This document shows positions 50,480 to 64,000 of a DNA stretch of 64,000 nucleotides, one piece after another (the first letter of the stretch is position 1; the number at the start of each line of letters is the position of its first letter). The position numbers were made by a program, and so were the translations under genes. The notes beneath the pieces were generated by a model, which saw nothing but the letters and a program-made list of their open reading frames with translations, did not search any database and was not told the DNA's origin. This DNA is from Sphagnum compactum (lineage: Eukaryota): positions 2,666,001-2,730,000 of the forward strand of contig OZ234494.1 of assembly GCA_965153455.1 (NCBI GenBank), given 5' to 3'.

Positions 50480-51819
50480 CTACGGCATCAGTTCTCATAA
50501 ATGGATTCAACCATCCAAATTGCACAAAAGTCTGTAAGCAATAACTTCAACTTAGGTGATCATCAGCCTTAGCGTGGTGAGTATCACATTTTGTTGATGT
50601 CTCGGCCTAGTGATTGGATTCACACTTCTATCACTTTGAATGTCACTTTGAATCTGACATTTACACTAGTAATACTCCACCAGATGCTAAGGTATCAGAA
50701 ACTTGATGAGTGTTGCCATGATGACTTCACTCTTGCCATTTACACAATGCACAGGAGCTTTAAGACCCAGTGAAGAGTTGGGTATAGCCATTTGTTATAA
50801 TTGATAGTCACTCCAGCTAGTATCATTTGAAGGGGAATATGAAGACTTTGGAAGTGTAGATTCATGTCATGGGGTGGCAAAGAGTCTCTGTTAGTTCTTA
50901 CTTTGCCCTGGTTCTGTACACTGATAAAAGGCAGGGGGGTGTGTCCTTGACATTGTATTCTTCAGACTGTAAATAATGAAAGCTGAGTGAATTTGACCGA
51001 CATGAAGTTGACAAGGATGTGGAGGCTCAGGTATGGCTTTGTCAAGCACTGCAATTGCATTGTACTTTCCAATCTATGGTATGCAAGGTGATCAGTTTGC
51101 ACAGAGATGTGCAAGGGCAAGCACTCCCAAGTGCTACAAGGAAATCTGTAGGATGGCACCCACTTTTATCCTTTAGCCAATTCACGTGCTATTTGCTGCA
51201 GCTCTGGGGGGCAAGCTATTGAACAATAGAAACATGGAAACAGTTTCCATCCAGCTTTAATGCGTCTTTTATTTAGATACTGTTTGTGTTCAGTTCCAAT
51301 GAAACGGAGAGAGAAGCCTAGAAATGTGCAGAATATTGGTATTCATGTCAATTATTAAACACTCACTACTTCAAGCAATTTTAGTTGTTTTGGGAAGTTG
51401 AACGCAAGATTGTCGGGCAGCATTTCTTATCCTCAAAAGCAATTACATTTTCTTTCTCCTTCCACAGAGACAAATCTTAGGACAAGGGTGTTGTTGCACA
51501 TAGTTGAGCTCTGTCACCCCACCCACCATGGAGTTGTTGGTGTTGGTTTTAACAGTTTTTGATTCACTTCATGGCCAATTTTACAACCAAAATTCTCACA
51601 GTACAAAAAAATTCCTCTCTCTTTTTTACAACAATGCTATTGTGAGCAGAATTATCAAAGTAATGAAGATTTTGTCAAATATTCATTGCCCATAACAAGC
51701 TGGTGTGTTCAAAAATAGATACCCAATCAACACTAATGTATACCTGCTTTCAAACTCATTTAACTCGTATTTTAAGTTTGATTCGAAATCTATCAAATCT
51801 ATCAAATTATTTTTAGGAG

Positions 51820-54079
51820 CCTTGCAACCCACCCTTTGCATCATTTGGTCAATTCTTACTCGTAACGACTAATTTCTCAAGGTTATCTAATTGTAACTTA
51901 CATCTCTTTAAATTGGTGAAAATTTCAACAAGGGAAAAAAAATTCCTCAATTTCCATTTGAGAATCTATATTCCTTAAAAAAAAATTAATTAAAAACTTA
52001 ATAGTTGAGAACATGGTTTCATGTTCCTCCACCACTCCAAAGAACATTTGATATCTTTGCAAATATCAATAGCTTTCAGTTAACAAGCAACTTTGCAAGT
52101 TCCTAGTGCCCATCATGCACCATCCCCAAAGTGTCCAAGTTCCTATCTACAATCAATTATGTAAACAAGGAAACTTTCAACCTCGGAAAATGGATGCAAA
52201 TGATTATAAGACTTTGAGAACATAAAAAACAAGCATTTCCTATCATACTTTTCAACTATGGCCACCCTCATGTTCATGACCAATAAAATAAGAAATCAAT
52301 TTCAAAATTTTAAATCTAGGATCTAACATCAAGCCTAACATATTTATGAATTTTTCTCTCATCATATCTTGTTAAGAAAGAAAGGAAATAGTTAATCACC
52401 CTAATGACCTCTTTCTTAATGTTCTTGCAAAAGTTCCCAACTCAATAATTAAGCTAGAATAATCATCATGAATTAAAGCATCCAAACAGCTCATGGATAT
52501 GGCTACACTCAAAGCATCATTCGATAACTATTGACCCCTAAATTGGTTTAAGATGCAAGCATTGATGACAAGAAACAAAATGTTTTTTATAATTTGTGAT
52601 ACATGCAATGTGAGTGAAAAGGGCACACAACTAATGACCCTGGGACTAATATGTTTGTTGTAAAAAAGGGCAATAACTTTTTGAAATTAAAGGGTTTCCT
52701 ATAAATGATCACTTTGCTTGCAAACTTACACAATTCACCCTATTAGTCAAAAGGCAACATTTTGGAATACAAAGATTCAAAACAATAAAAGGGGAAAAAA
52801 ACCAAAACAAAATAATTTGCATTTTACCTTGTTTTGATTAACATGTTCAAATGTTTTGGGCATGAGGCATGTAGTAATGCAAGCCTTCATCCATTCATAT
52901 CTTTCTTTCCTAGATTTTTTAGGCCATGTAATACATTTATGCAAATCTACCTTGGTACATTTTATGGAAACATATTTCAAGCCCTTAAGGCTTTTTTTTT
53001 CAACAGTTGCATATTGATAAGCCTTTGAAAAGGTGTGTCCAAAGCAAGTCACCTAAAAACTTTTCATCACACCCAAAGCGTCACAACTTTACTATTGATT
53101 TCAAGTTATTTGTCATGATATTTAGATTTTAAACATTTTTGACATAAGCAAAGATCTTTTTGATCAAGCCATATTGCTTTAAAAGGTCTTGCAAATTGTT
53201 TGCAAATGTTTGCCCTAATGTGTTAGATGCTTCAAATAAGTCAATTGTAATGTGTTTAAGCTTTCAATCTTTCCCCAACATCATGTCCCCTTTTGGACAT
53301 CCACAAATCAAAAATTCTAGTGGTAGAAACATATTTTGCCAAGATCGATATGTTTGTTTTTTCTTCTCAACCAAATCTAATAACACCTCTTGACTAAAGG
53401 TGTTTTTGGAGGGGAACACAACATGAAGGTATAACTACATTACCAAACACTTTAACTGAATACTTTCAACAAATTGAATGGGCAAATGGTTTTTGATAAT
53501 TAATAAACCCAAAATCTCTAGAATTTTTTTTGGTGCACATTATCCTTTTTGTAAGGATGTATGGCCCCAAAAACATTGGAGATTGCATTTGCACTCATTA
53601 CAAGCCTTTTTATTTGCAAATTGTCTTTCCAATGGATTTTTCATATTATTGTTCACTTCTTCTTCAAAGTTTTTGACAATTAGCTGATGGCTTGCATCCA
53701 CATGTTTTTTTAATGTAATTGTTCAATTTTTTTTGAAATATGAAACAAGACCTTTCCTCAACTTTGTTTTTTGTTCCAATACTACATGACCTATTGGTCT
53801 ATTGTAACACAACATACAACACATGACCTATGGCACCTTAACATCAACCAAAAATTCATCATTGACACAAAAAATGCCCAAGTTGGAGAATTTCTACCAT
53901 GGGGTCTCCACTTTAACCTTTGTTCAAGCACTTTCTTCATAATTAATCACATTGTATCATCATTTTCTAATTGAAAACTTGAAATTTCTTCAAACCTCAC
54001 CTTTGATTATTTCCTTTAGTCTTATTTCACTCTCACTCATGAACACATCACATTCTTCATCTAGAAAATTTGGTTCCAT
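51820..54079 (-). pseudogene. Highly degenerate hAT transposase relic (second family)
   Basis: Minus-strand fragments: BED-like WRPHGRNSPTWAFF...CMLC...LKKHVDASH (~53690-53910), TCFGHTFSKAYQYAT...KCITWPKKS (52777-53052), and dimerisation-like DIKCSLEWW...HETMF and SQMEIE...LKRCKLQLDNLEKL (~51860-52055). Many stops and frameshifts. Confidence 0.75.
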
Positions 54080-57000
54080 TTTCAAAACATGTTAATATAC
54101 CAAGATTGAGAAAAGTAATTAATACATTTTTTTAGTTTTGGAGTTTTTGAAAATGCACACAAATTGTACACAAGTTGATTCACTTCTCACAAAATACATT
54201 ATGCAAGTAAAATGCTTAAATGCCCAAGTGCAAAATTGCCTCAAAATGTCCCTTAACAATCAAAGGTGTTCCTTGCATGTCTAAAAACACGTAACAATTG
54301 CAATAATTGTTTATTTTATCGCATATACTTTATCTTGAATTCTACTATTGTAAATTATATAAGTAGCCCAAATAGGAGATTACAACATGTTTATTTTGGG
54401 ACTATCAAAGATGCCCATCAAAAAAGGAAAAAGAATTGAACTTTGAAGGTCTTGAGCTAATTAATATGAGTCACAATATTTTATCATTAGACAATGAAAA
54501 AAGTGAAAAACTTTATCACTTCGAAAAAATATGTGTTTGATGATGAAGTTCAACAATAAGACATCATTGATGTAAAGGGTAGTAATATAAAGGAAAACTC
54601 AAATGAAAACATCAATGTGTCATAACTTGTGTTATTGAAATTGGGAGGTAGGTAGTAGGTACCTATCTAACATTTATATACATTGCATAATTTTTTTAAA
54701 GATGTTCAACCTTCAATACCCATTGAAGCATAAATCTTTCATCCCAAGTATCTCCCTATGACAACATCCTTCCGATTTTATTTTTTAATTACATTTTTTT
54801 AACAGTCTAAATTTATCTTATGTGTGCAAGTGAAGGTTCGAACTTACTCAAATGTCATGGACAACACCATATTAACTAGCTGGTAAACATTAAAATGCAA
54901 GGGTATAGTGATGGAAATAGGGGAATGCATTGGAAATTTGACATGTCAATGGGAACAATGTCGAAATGACAATAACATTTGTTCCCATTCATTTCCTTGG
55001 TGCACCCATTGTTCACCCCATCACACATGTTGTTTTTCATGGTGCCCATGATGTCCACCTAACATCCCCCGATGTGTACCTTACACCCCATGTTGTCCAC
55101 CTTGTTGTCTTTGTTGATTGTTTGTCATGATGATTAAACTATTTTAAAAAAATATTTTATGACCTTGTCATTTACTTTAGGACCTAACTTCCATTTAGAA
55201 AATTTCATTTTTTTGAACACCCCTTTCATCATTGAACTTGTTGTCCCCATTGTTCATCCATCATTAAGAAAAAAAATGTTGACAACATCCATATCAACAC
55301 CTTCATTGTCTACCTTCGTGCCCCCTATTGTCTTTCTTACATGCACCCCTTTCATCCTTGTTACTAATCTATTGCCCCCATAAAAACACTTATGTTGGCA
55401 ATATCTGCCTTAGGCCATTGCCATCCTTCCTGCCACTCTCATTTGCTTGTCACCTAACAAAAAACATTACACCAAAAATGTAGATATATATGACTAATCA
55501 TATTTGATTACATGACTATAATTTTTAGTCATAAATTATACTCATGTAATCAAACAAGACCAATGATAGATCCATATTTTTGACATGGTGCAAAAAAAAA
55601 CCCCCAAAAACCAAGGCCTATTCACCTTGGCACCCCTCATTGTCACCCTATTGCCTTGTGTCATCACTATTGTTTTGTCCTCATTATTGCCTTTGTTGTC
55701 CCCCATTGTCTTTTATTGTCACCATACCATCTTGAATTCATCCTTGTCATCCCATTGCACCCATCGACATCGTTGTTATTCTCATTAGCCTTGACATTTT
55801 CATGTCATCATCCATGTTACACCAAGATGTCCCCTAAACTAAGATGCCCCATTATGGCCAAAATATTTGACCATGATGCTTAGATTCAAAGTGTCCCATA
55901 GGTTAAGGTCATGTCTAGTAGGTCAACTAGTGCCAAACGCATTCAACCATTAACATTGAACAAACTTGAATAGTGATTGATTATAACCTTTTAGAAGTTG
56001 CATCTTATGCAAATTTCATAATTAAAATTATCTAGAATATCACCCTATTCTTGAAAACTATTTTGACCATCAAATCCTTGTTTCATCTTTAAATATAATG
56101 AAACAGAAAAGTGAGAAAAGTGGGAACCATAAATATTGAAATTGGACATTAGTTCATAAGATTTGAAGGATTTGATTCTTATTAGTAGACTTGATTTAAT
56201 GAAGAGTATAAGAAATAGTGAAAGCACATGTAAGGAATCAAATCCAAAATTGTGATTGAAATTCATGTAAGGTTCAATTTATGTGAAAAAAAATTTAGTC
56301 CACTTTTTATTTTCACATGTACTTTTTGTCACCCTCATTTTTTATATGGTTTCTTTTGGAAAAAATATGGTTATTGGACCCTAATTTCATGCACATTACC
56401 TAAATAAAAATTTATTTGTCAAATTTTCATAAAATGTTTAAAGATATTTGAAAACATTTTCATTCTTGTAACATCCATGACATATAATGTTAGTGATGAA
56501 AGTGAAACTTTGAAGACAACTAATTTTTTTTTTATGTTGTCATAAGCCCTTTTAGATGAAAAATATCCATTGTCACAAACTTTCTTGATGAAAGATATTG
56601 CATCTTCCTTCTCACAAACTTCTTCAACTTTTTAGATAGAAAGTATTTCATGTCATTGCTATGAACTTTTTGATGCAAAATATATATTTTCCTTGTTTGA
56701 AACTTTATGAATAAAAAATATTTAAATTTATCATTGCAAATTTCCATCAATGGCAAATGTTTCTTCCTTCGTTGTTTTGAACTTTTTGGATGAAAAATGT
56801 TTCAACTGTTTGTTGCAAACTCCTTTAATGAAATAATGCCACTTCCTCATTGTCACACGTTTTTTAGGATGATGAAAAGCCTTTTAGATGAGCCCAATGA
56901 TCATAGTTTATCTTGTAAGTTTTTGACATTGAAGCAAAATAAAAAGTTTCAATTCATTATTACACACTTTTTGTTGAAAAAATGATTTATTATCTTTATA

Positions 57001-60000
57001 AAAAAATTAAACGATAAGCAACTTTCCAAATAAGGCCAATTATGAAAGTTCACTTTGAAAGTTTATGACATTGAAAAGGAGAAGAAGGATATTTCAATTA
57101 TTGTTGCAAATTCTCTTTATGAAGACATGTTTCTTCCTCTATTTGCAACCCTATTTTAGGGCTTGTGGTCAAGGTTAGGGCAAGACAAGGTGTGTCATGT
57201 TAGGAATAAGTTCAAGGCATGACTTGGGGCAATGGAAGTAAAGCACATTGCAATGCAAAGTGAGAGAGAGGTGAGTAAAGCAAAAGAACTCCCAAGATTG
57301 AAAGTGAGATTTTCATTTTAGGAGTTGGTATTTAGGAGGAATGATTATTTAGAACGAAGTTTGAAGGATGAGAAAATGTCCAAATCTAGTGATTTTTGGA
57401 TCATTGGAAAGGTCTCACTACAAACTATAATGCACTAGGTTTGGATTCCCCTAAAAAAAGTTTAATTTTTTTTTATGAGAGTTTGAAAAGTTGAAACAAC
57501 AATTACCAAAATTATTTTGACCATTCATAAGTTGATTTGGGAATCAAACCATGTCCAACTCAAAAGCTTGATATATACAATGTTGAAAATATTTTTTTAA
57601 AAAGGTTACAAAATGGTGTAATTGCATGTTCAATTTTGTTTTTTCACAAGAGTTATGAACTCACAAATTTGTGAAATAATAACATGTTTCATTTTATGGA
57701 AATGGAATTGAGAGATTTCAAGAAAATGTCATTGGATTTAGTCGTTGTTGTTACATTATATATTAGACAATAAATTCGTTAAATCTAAATATGAATGAAC
57801 TAATTTCAATATAACAATTATCAAATTATTTATAATATTTATTCAATTTTAATTATGATAAAAAGTACCAAAAAATACACATTCGAGTCCAAATATTCAC
57901 CACTTGCATAATTTTTTTTCAAGTCCATTTTGTAACACATGATTCAACACCACTTTCAAACCCCCAATCACATCCTTTGCAATCACATCAAAGGTTGTGT
58001 ATTTAGAGGTGTTCAACCTCTAGACCATGTGGTAAACTTCCAAATGGTCTCCTATTCAAACAAGTTCAATTACATATTGGTTTGTCATTAGGAGGCATTT
58101 TCACATTGGAGATTGCCCAATTTTATTACAATATTTGAATCTCCTCTTACAAACTTGCTTTTGGAGATGAACTTGAAACTTGATAATCAAACTAAATGAC
58201 TTGGAACCAAGTCCTCTAAAAAGGTTATGACTTTTTTTCCTAACTTCTAGAGGAACAAAGGTTGTTACTATAGAGAACCCCTTTTTGTATGTCAAGGGTA
58301 CAAGTAAAAACTTCATCGAAGATCCAACATTACCAAATGTGCCATATTTATGAATAACAGTTCCAACCACGTGTAATACGTAGCCATGCAATAATATTTT
58401 TCACATCCAAATAATGAATTATTTACTTTTCCCCAACCTCACCCATAAAACTAAAATCGGGATTGTAGAAGGTGATAGATTACTAATTTAGCAACCCACT
58501 TGGACTAATCAAACCATAGATTAACCAATCAATAGTAGGTGTTAAACTTGGTTATGCCTTTTGCTAGTTTTAACATCATGTGCAAAAATTTTAGGCAAAT
58601 ATCATTTCATTGAACCAAACTAACACGTTTTGCCTTTTTTTTCATCCAAAGTTTGTTGTGCAGTGAAGTTGCTTTAAAAACATGCCCAATGACAATGCTC
58701 ATAATTTGAACCTTTTTCAATATTTAGCACATCCAACTTGAAGTGTTAACTTTTACCCCATCCCCACCCATAAACCTAGAAAAATGAATTATACAAAGTG
58801 ATTGATTATTTAAGGTTCACTACCTATGTGAATACTTGTATAGTTGGCTAATAAAAAAAACATTTTTTGCTATTTGCATTTTTGGAAGGCTTGTTAACAT
58901 GTGCACTTTTATTAACCCCAAGCAATTTCATAGTGTATAATTGTAGATCTTCATCCAAAAAAGTTGTACATGGCATTTTATTGTTGTTGTGGGGCATGTT
59001 TGAAAATGCAAACACTTTCAAAGGTCATTGCAAGTTGTTTGATGTCTAGTTGTATTGGGTAGTTACAAGTTATGGTGTGCCTAAATTTGTGTAAGATGGT
59101 GTTTATAGATTAGTCATAATTAAAATGGTTTGCAACATTGTTTGTTTTATAACATTGTAAAATGGTATTCATTTTTATGAAGAATGTTGTATCAAAATCC
59201 AAGTTGAATCACAATCAAATTTTTCATATTGACCACATGATGAACTTAATTTTATTGCAACAAGTAATGTCATAGTACATATAATTTTATGGACTTTGAT
59301 TTTTCATTGTTGTCAATTAATATTATGATTTTTTCCCCCTAAAAGTCATGTGGGGAATTAGTTAGCCAAATTAGTGGTTTAAAATGTAATTGGAAAAATA
59401 TTATGTACTCAAAATGGATTTTTGAAAACTTAGAATGATTCAATTTTCAAAAGTCCTTTTGGGAGAATTTTTTAAAATTTGAAACTTTTTTGTTGTATTA
59501 TGCTTGATGTATAATTTTTTTTTCAATATCTTGTTTTGAAAAAAAGAAGTGAAATTATGTGATTCAACATTCATGTGAAAAGGATGGCATTCATGGAACA
59601 AATGTTTTTAATGTTGAAATTTGTTCAAAATGGATTCCTCAAGTGCCAAAAATCATCCAATGTAACATAATCTACTTGCATTATGGACACAATGAATGGC
59701 TCCCTCATACTTTTTATGGATGCCATGATATTCATTGGAAATGTACATTAAAAAATTAAGAAGACCATATTAAAAAGATTGTTACATAAAATTTCAAATT
59801 ATTCACACATTTACTAAAACCCCATGGCTAGGGAAAAAAATTCTAAAATTATGTAATTTAATTAAAGATTTTTATTTTAAACTTTAAAAAAGCCCAACTT
59901 TGAAAATGTGAAAAAGAGGAAAGAATAAGAATAAGAGGAACTAAAGGTTTTATCAATTTAATAATCAATTATTTATATACAATAAATTTATGGAATGTAT

Positions 60001-60760
60001 TCTAATAGTTAGACTAATCATTGAAAATTTAATTTTATGATTATTTAATTTCACTTGTATAAAAAAGAATTAAAGAATAATGACAAAGATGTTGGAGGTT
60101 TATAATCAATTTGATAATCATTTTAATAAATATACATAATCATTTTTATAAATATTACATCTAGAAGAGTGGTCATTGACTTGACTTTCATGTAGACCAA
60201 TTAGTATCTATTGTAATTTGTCAAGCAAAAAAAAGCATGCCGAGTCCTTTCACATGGCCCCTAAGTGTTTCAACTTCACACTCTAAGTTGCAAATCTCAA
60301 CTCCAAAAACAAAACCTATCAAAGCCATTTATGGTACCTTGGCACCTTCAACACTAATTATATTATTATTATTATTATTAGAAAATTTGAAATTTTCAAC
60401 AAATTGGTTTTCAAAGAATTTATTTTTTGGGGGTGAAGGAAGATAAAGAATCTTTTTAAAAAAATTCTGAAATTTAAAAAAATGTTTGCACATGGAAACT
60501 TCAAAATGAAAATATAATTATTTTACATTAAAATGTTGGGAACTTACAATGGGTACTTACAAAGTTAAAAGGAGAAGGTAAGTGAAGACAAATAATCCAA
60601 CTACAACTAAAAACACCCCAAGTATTTCAATAGTAAAATCTCCTTTACTTTTTGTTTAAACACACTAAAACTCAAGCCTATTCCAAGCCCCCATCTCCAT
60701 TAGTATATATACCATTGCTATAAACCTTTAAACCTTTGTCTCTAAAGAGACAAGAATTTA

Positions 60761-60944
60761 AAAGAAAAACACACACAAACACAAACAAAAGAAACACACA
60801 AAAACCCCAAACAAAAGAAACACACAAAAACCCAAACAGAAGAAACACACAAAAACCCAAACAAAAGAAACACACAAAAACACAAACAAAAGAAACACAC
60901 AAAAACCCAAACAAAAGAAACACACACACACACACACACACACA
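60761..60944. repeat. 25-bp minisatellite (AAACAAAAGAAACACACAAAAACCC) x~6.5 grading into (CA)n
   Basis: Direct reading. Confidence 0.9.
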
Positions 60945-61068
60945 AGGCACACATTTGATGAATTGAGCATGAAGGGTGCCATTTGGCTCCCACAAAGATC
61001 CCATCTTGCTTTGTCATATGTTTGAGTGGGACCCAACTTCCAAGTGTGGAAGAATTGAAGGAAGTGAT

Positions 61069-61174
61069 TGAAGAAGAAGAAGAAGAAGAAGAAGTTGGAG
61101 CATGAAAGTGGTTGCTCTTGCCATTTGTCTTATTAGAGAGAGAGAGAGAGAGCGAGAGTGTGTGTGTGTGTGTG
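61069..61174. repeat. Microsatellite cluster: (GAA)n, then (AG)n(TG)n
   Basis: Direct reading; upstream of citrate synthase. Confidence 0.85.
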
Positions 61175-61588
61175 TTCCCTTCCGTGTTTTGTGTCCAGGT
61201 TTTGTTGGGTATGTGGGACCCAACAAGGCTGGCTATAAGTCCCTCCTCGTCTCTTGGTTCCAAGTAAGAGTCAATAACAGCCCAATTCCTACATTGGGTT
61301 TTTTCTTGTGATGTGGTGGAGGGTCCACAAGGGAAGTGATTGATGCCCAGACTGAAGGAAGGAAGGCAAGAAAGAAGTAAGGGATTCTAGTCTCTTGAAG
61401 TGTTTTTAGTAAGGGATTCAGAGCTGTACTTGTTTCCCCTTCTTCCCCTTCCTCCCTCACCCTCTATTTCTTTCTTTCTTGCAACAGATTTGCAACAGAT
61501 TTGCAACAGATATACCAACAACAGCAGCAGCAGAAAAGGTTTTGGAGTTTGTGGCAGTGGGGTTCAAGCTCCTTTCTTTCAAGTCATC

Positions 61589-63840
61589 ATGGCTCGGGTA
61601 AAATACAAACTACCTTTCCATCTTCTTATTCTTCTTTCCTCACAAAACTGTTATTGTTGTTGTTGTTTGTCGCCCAGCTTCTTCACCCAGATGAAAGTTT
61701 GATGTACAATCGTCATAGATTTTTGGCTTCTTCTTCTTCTTCTTCTTCTTCTTTTTTGTCCCAGGATCTGAAATGGGTGTCTCTCCTTTTGGACCATTGT
61801 GGTCAAGGATGGTACTGTACTTGTCTGTGTCTAGCTTCCCAACATCTGGATGATTCCTTTCTTCTCTTTGTCAGGTGTTGTTGTCTCTTTGATCTAACCT
61901 ACTACCACTTCGGGTCTGGAAATTTCTTATCCCTAATAGGCTAGGAGACTTGCTCCTTGCTTGTCATGGCTTCTCTCTCTCTCTCTGTGTCTGTGATATC
62001 ATCTTCCTTTCTTAATCTACAGATGTAGAACTTGTAACCTTGTAATCTGTGATTGGGATTTGAATCACAAAAATGTGCAAATCTTTCTTATGGAAAATTG
62101 TTGTTTCTTGGCACTGAAATTGGGTTTCTGGTGTATGTGGAGACGGCATTGTGACTTCCAGTTGTTGTGCTTGCTGTCTTCTTTTTCATGCAGATTGGGT
62201 TAATTCCCACATATTCTGATAGTCTTTTTCTCCCCCTGCCCTAGTTTTTCTTCCCTTGATTCCAGTGGACACAAATGTTTTGGGCTTCTTTGCTGTCTCC
62301 TAAACTTTTGTTCAGCTTTCGCAATTCTCATTTGGCACATCTCATCTCTTCTGAATCTTGTCATTGGGAAAAAGTGTACAATAGACCTACCCAGCATAGC
62401 ATTTGTGAGCAATCATATGTTAGTCTGCTTTGAAGTTCCTGAATTTGATGGAATCCAAATCAGGACTTGTCAAGTACCCATTTTGCCACAAATCTGAACT
62501 GTCAGTCAGTGTGTGCATCGAAGAAGCTGGGGTGATTGACAAACAGATTCACAATTAATTTTTTGTAGGGAGCAAGAATCTTATTGGAGCACGCAAAGAA
62601 GGCTGGATATGCAGCCAGATATGCTCGATCATATCAGACCACGGTTACTAAATCCACTACGGTAACTGAGATTTATCATTCTGAATCTGTATACAATGTC
62701 CCACTTGGTTGGTTGGTTGGTTCATGAAAGTTTTTCTGTTTTTATTATGCTTGCAATACTAGTCCTTTACCCAAGTGGGGTTCTCTTCAGCAGTTTCTCG
62801 TGTGCAGGACTTGCGATCAAGGCTCGAAGAGTTGGTCCCACAAGAGCGGGTGAGAGCCTCTTTGATTTTTTACAGTTTCCATTCCTTTACTGTTGATTTT
62901 TCATGGAAATGAGTAAAATAAAAATCAAACTGTCTGGAATCAAAAAATTTCCATCAGATGATGGTTTCTGTTGGGCTTTCAAGAATGTTTTGTTTTTCCA
63001 GCAGATGGTATTTTGTTGGGCTTTGAGAACTAATTTGAAGGACTTTCCACAGGAGCGACTGAAGGAGATAAAATCCAAGTATGGCAAAGTCTCTCTAGGT
63101 GACACAACAGTGGATATGGTATGTCATATAAATGCACTCCTACTAACTTTAGATCAGGAAGTTGCTATTTATCAAGATTTCTAAACTCCTGAATGTCAAG
63201 CGTTGAACAATAAGCGCTGGACCATAAATCCTTATTTCAAAAGCAACGTGCCTGTGACAGACTTGCACAGTGTTTGTTTGCATCTGTCCTATAGTTTCTG
63301 ACTGACTGTGAAAACATATATTTGTGGGTGTTTGATAGGCTATTGGAGGAATGCGAGGTATCAAAGGCATGCTTTGGGAGACCTCACTGCTCGATCCTGA
63401 TGAGGCATGTTACCCTATTATTATTGTTTCATACATGAGTTGCATCTCAGTAGTGCAATCTATTATGCCTCTGCTGTTTTGAAGAAGAAGAAGAAGAAGA
63501 AGAAGTGTGTTGGGTACTGATGAATCCCTGAGTGGATGGTACTCCTCCAAGTAATTTGGGCTTATCCATGAACGCATACTGATCCGGTGTTGTGATACAA
63601 TCTGACACTCCAAAGCTATCTGTTTGGCTTTTACCATGATTTGGGTATCATGCTTTAAAATTCAGCATTGGCTCTTTGAACTATATCACACTGACAGTAG
63701 ATTATTTTGCTCTTCTTTTCCTGCAGGGAATTCGCTTCAGGGGCCTTTCAATCCCTGAGTGCCAAGCCAAGCTTCCAGGTGCTAAAAAGGGAGGTGAACC
63801 ACTTCCTGAAGGTTTTCTCTGGCTACTTGCCACTGGAGAG
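61589..63840 (+). CDS. CSY4: Mitochondrial citrate synthase, 5' portion (gene continues beyond the window)
   Basis: Exons 61589-61597 (MAR, tentative), 62569-62661, 62808-62849, 63053-63118, 63339-63404 and 63727-63840. Product: basic presequence, then [75 protein letters not shown]...[15 protein letters not shown]. The symbol follows Arabidopsis mitochondrial CS naming. Confidence 0.93.
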
Positions 63841-64000
63841 GTACATCATTTGTTTCTGCATTTACATATGATTTCTGTATGTGGTAATCACGGTGTAAAG
63901 TCAGTAAGTTGTTGCTACTGAGTCCTTGCTTGTTGAGGTGTATGGTCTGCTGCACTCACATAGACTGGTGTGTGGCAGCTGGCTGTAGGTGAAATCTGTC

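Noticed and set aside
54870-55900. Region rich in ccccattgt/gtcacc motifs with short ORFs
   Set aside because: Degenerate simple-motif repeat; no period, termini or protein similarity could be established
60678-61263. Overlapping ORFs up to 173 aa
   Set aside because: Produced by the stop-free minisatellite and microsatellites

Overview
AT-rich land-plant nuclear DNA (bryophyte-like by my impression, not verified). The first ~33 kb is transposon-dense and the rest is mostly genic. Three intact intron-containing genes are present: eIF3g (minus strand, 39923-38035), a TRF-like telomere-repeat-binding Myb gene (plus, 44809-50479) and the 5' part of a mitochondrial citrate synthase (plus, from 61589, running off the window). 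An intron-retaining pseudogene of an NAP1-related (NRP/SET) histone chaperone lies at 33743-37005. Mobile DNA includes a full-length but inactivated Ty3/gypsy LTR retrotransposon (13998-21771), a GC/CpG-rich hAT element with a perfect 8-bp TSD (23151-25693), and a non-autonomous CACTA element (28041-32486) with a second, fold-back CACTA nested in it (28739-31478). There are also relics of a second hAT, a pogo/CENP-B-type domain and a trihelix/Myb-SANT ORF. The most unusual signal is the end architecture of the gypsy element. The tRNA-iMet PBS overlaps the last 8 nt of the 5' LTR (TGGTATCA), the 3' LTR ends differently (TGGTTACA), and that same GGTTACA sits between the PPT and the 3' LTR, forming a perfect LTR-LTR-junction-like palindrome GTTACA-TA-TGTAAC. 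This may point to a non-canonical, possibly circle-junction-based, way of making or integrating the cDNA ends. All alignments and coordinates were done by eye and need computational confirmation.
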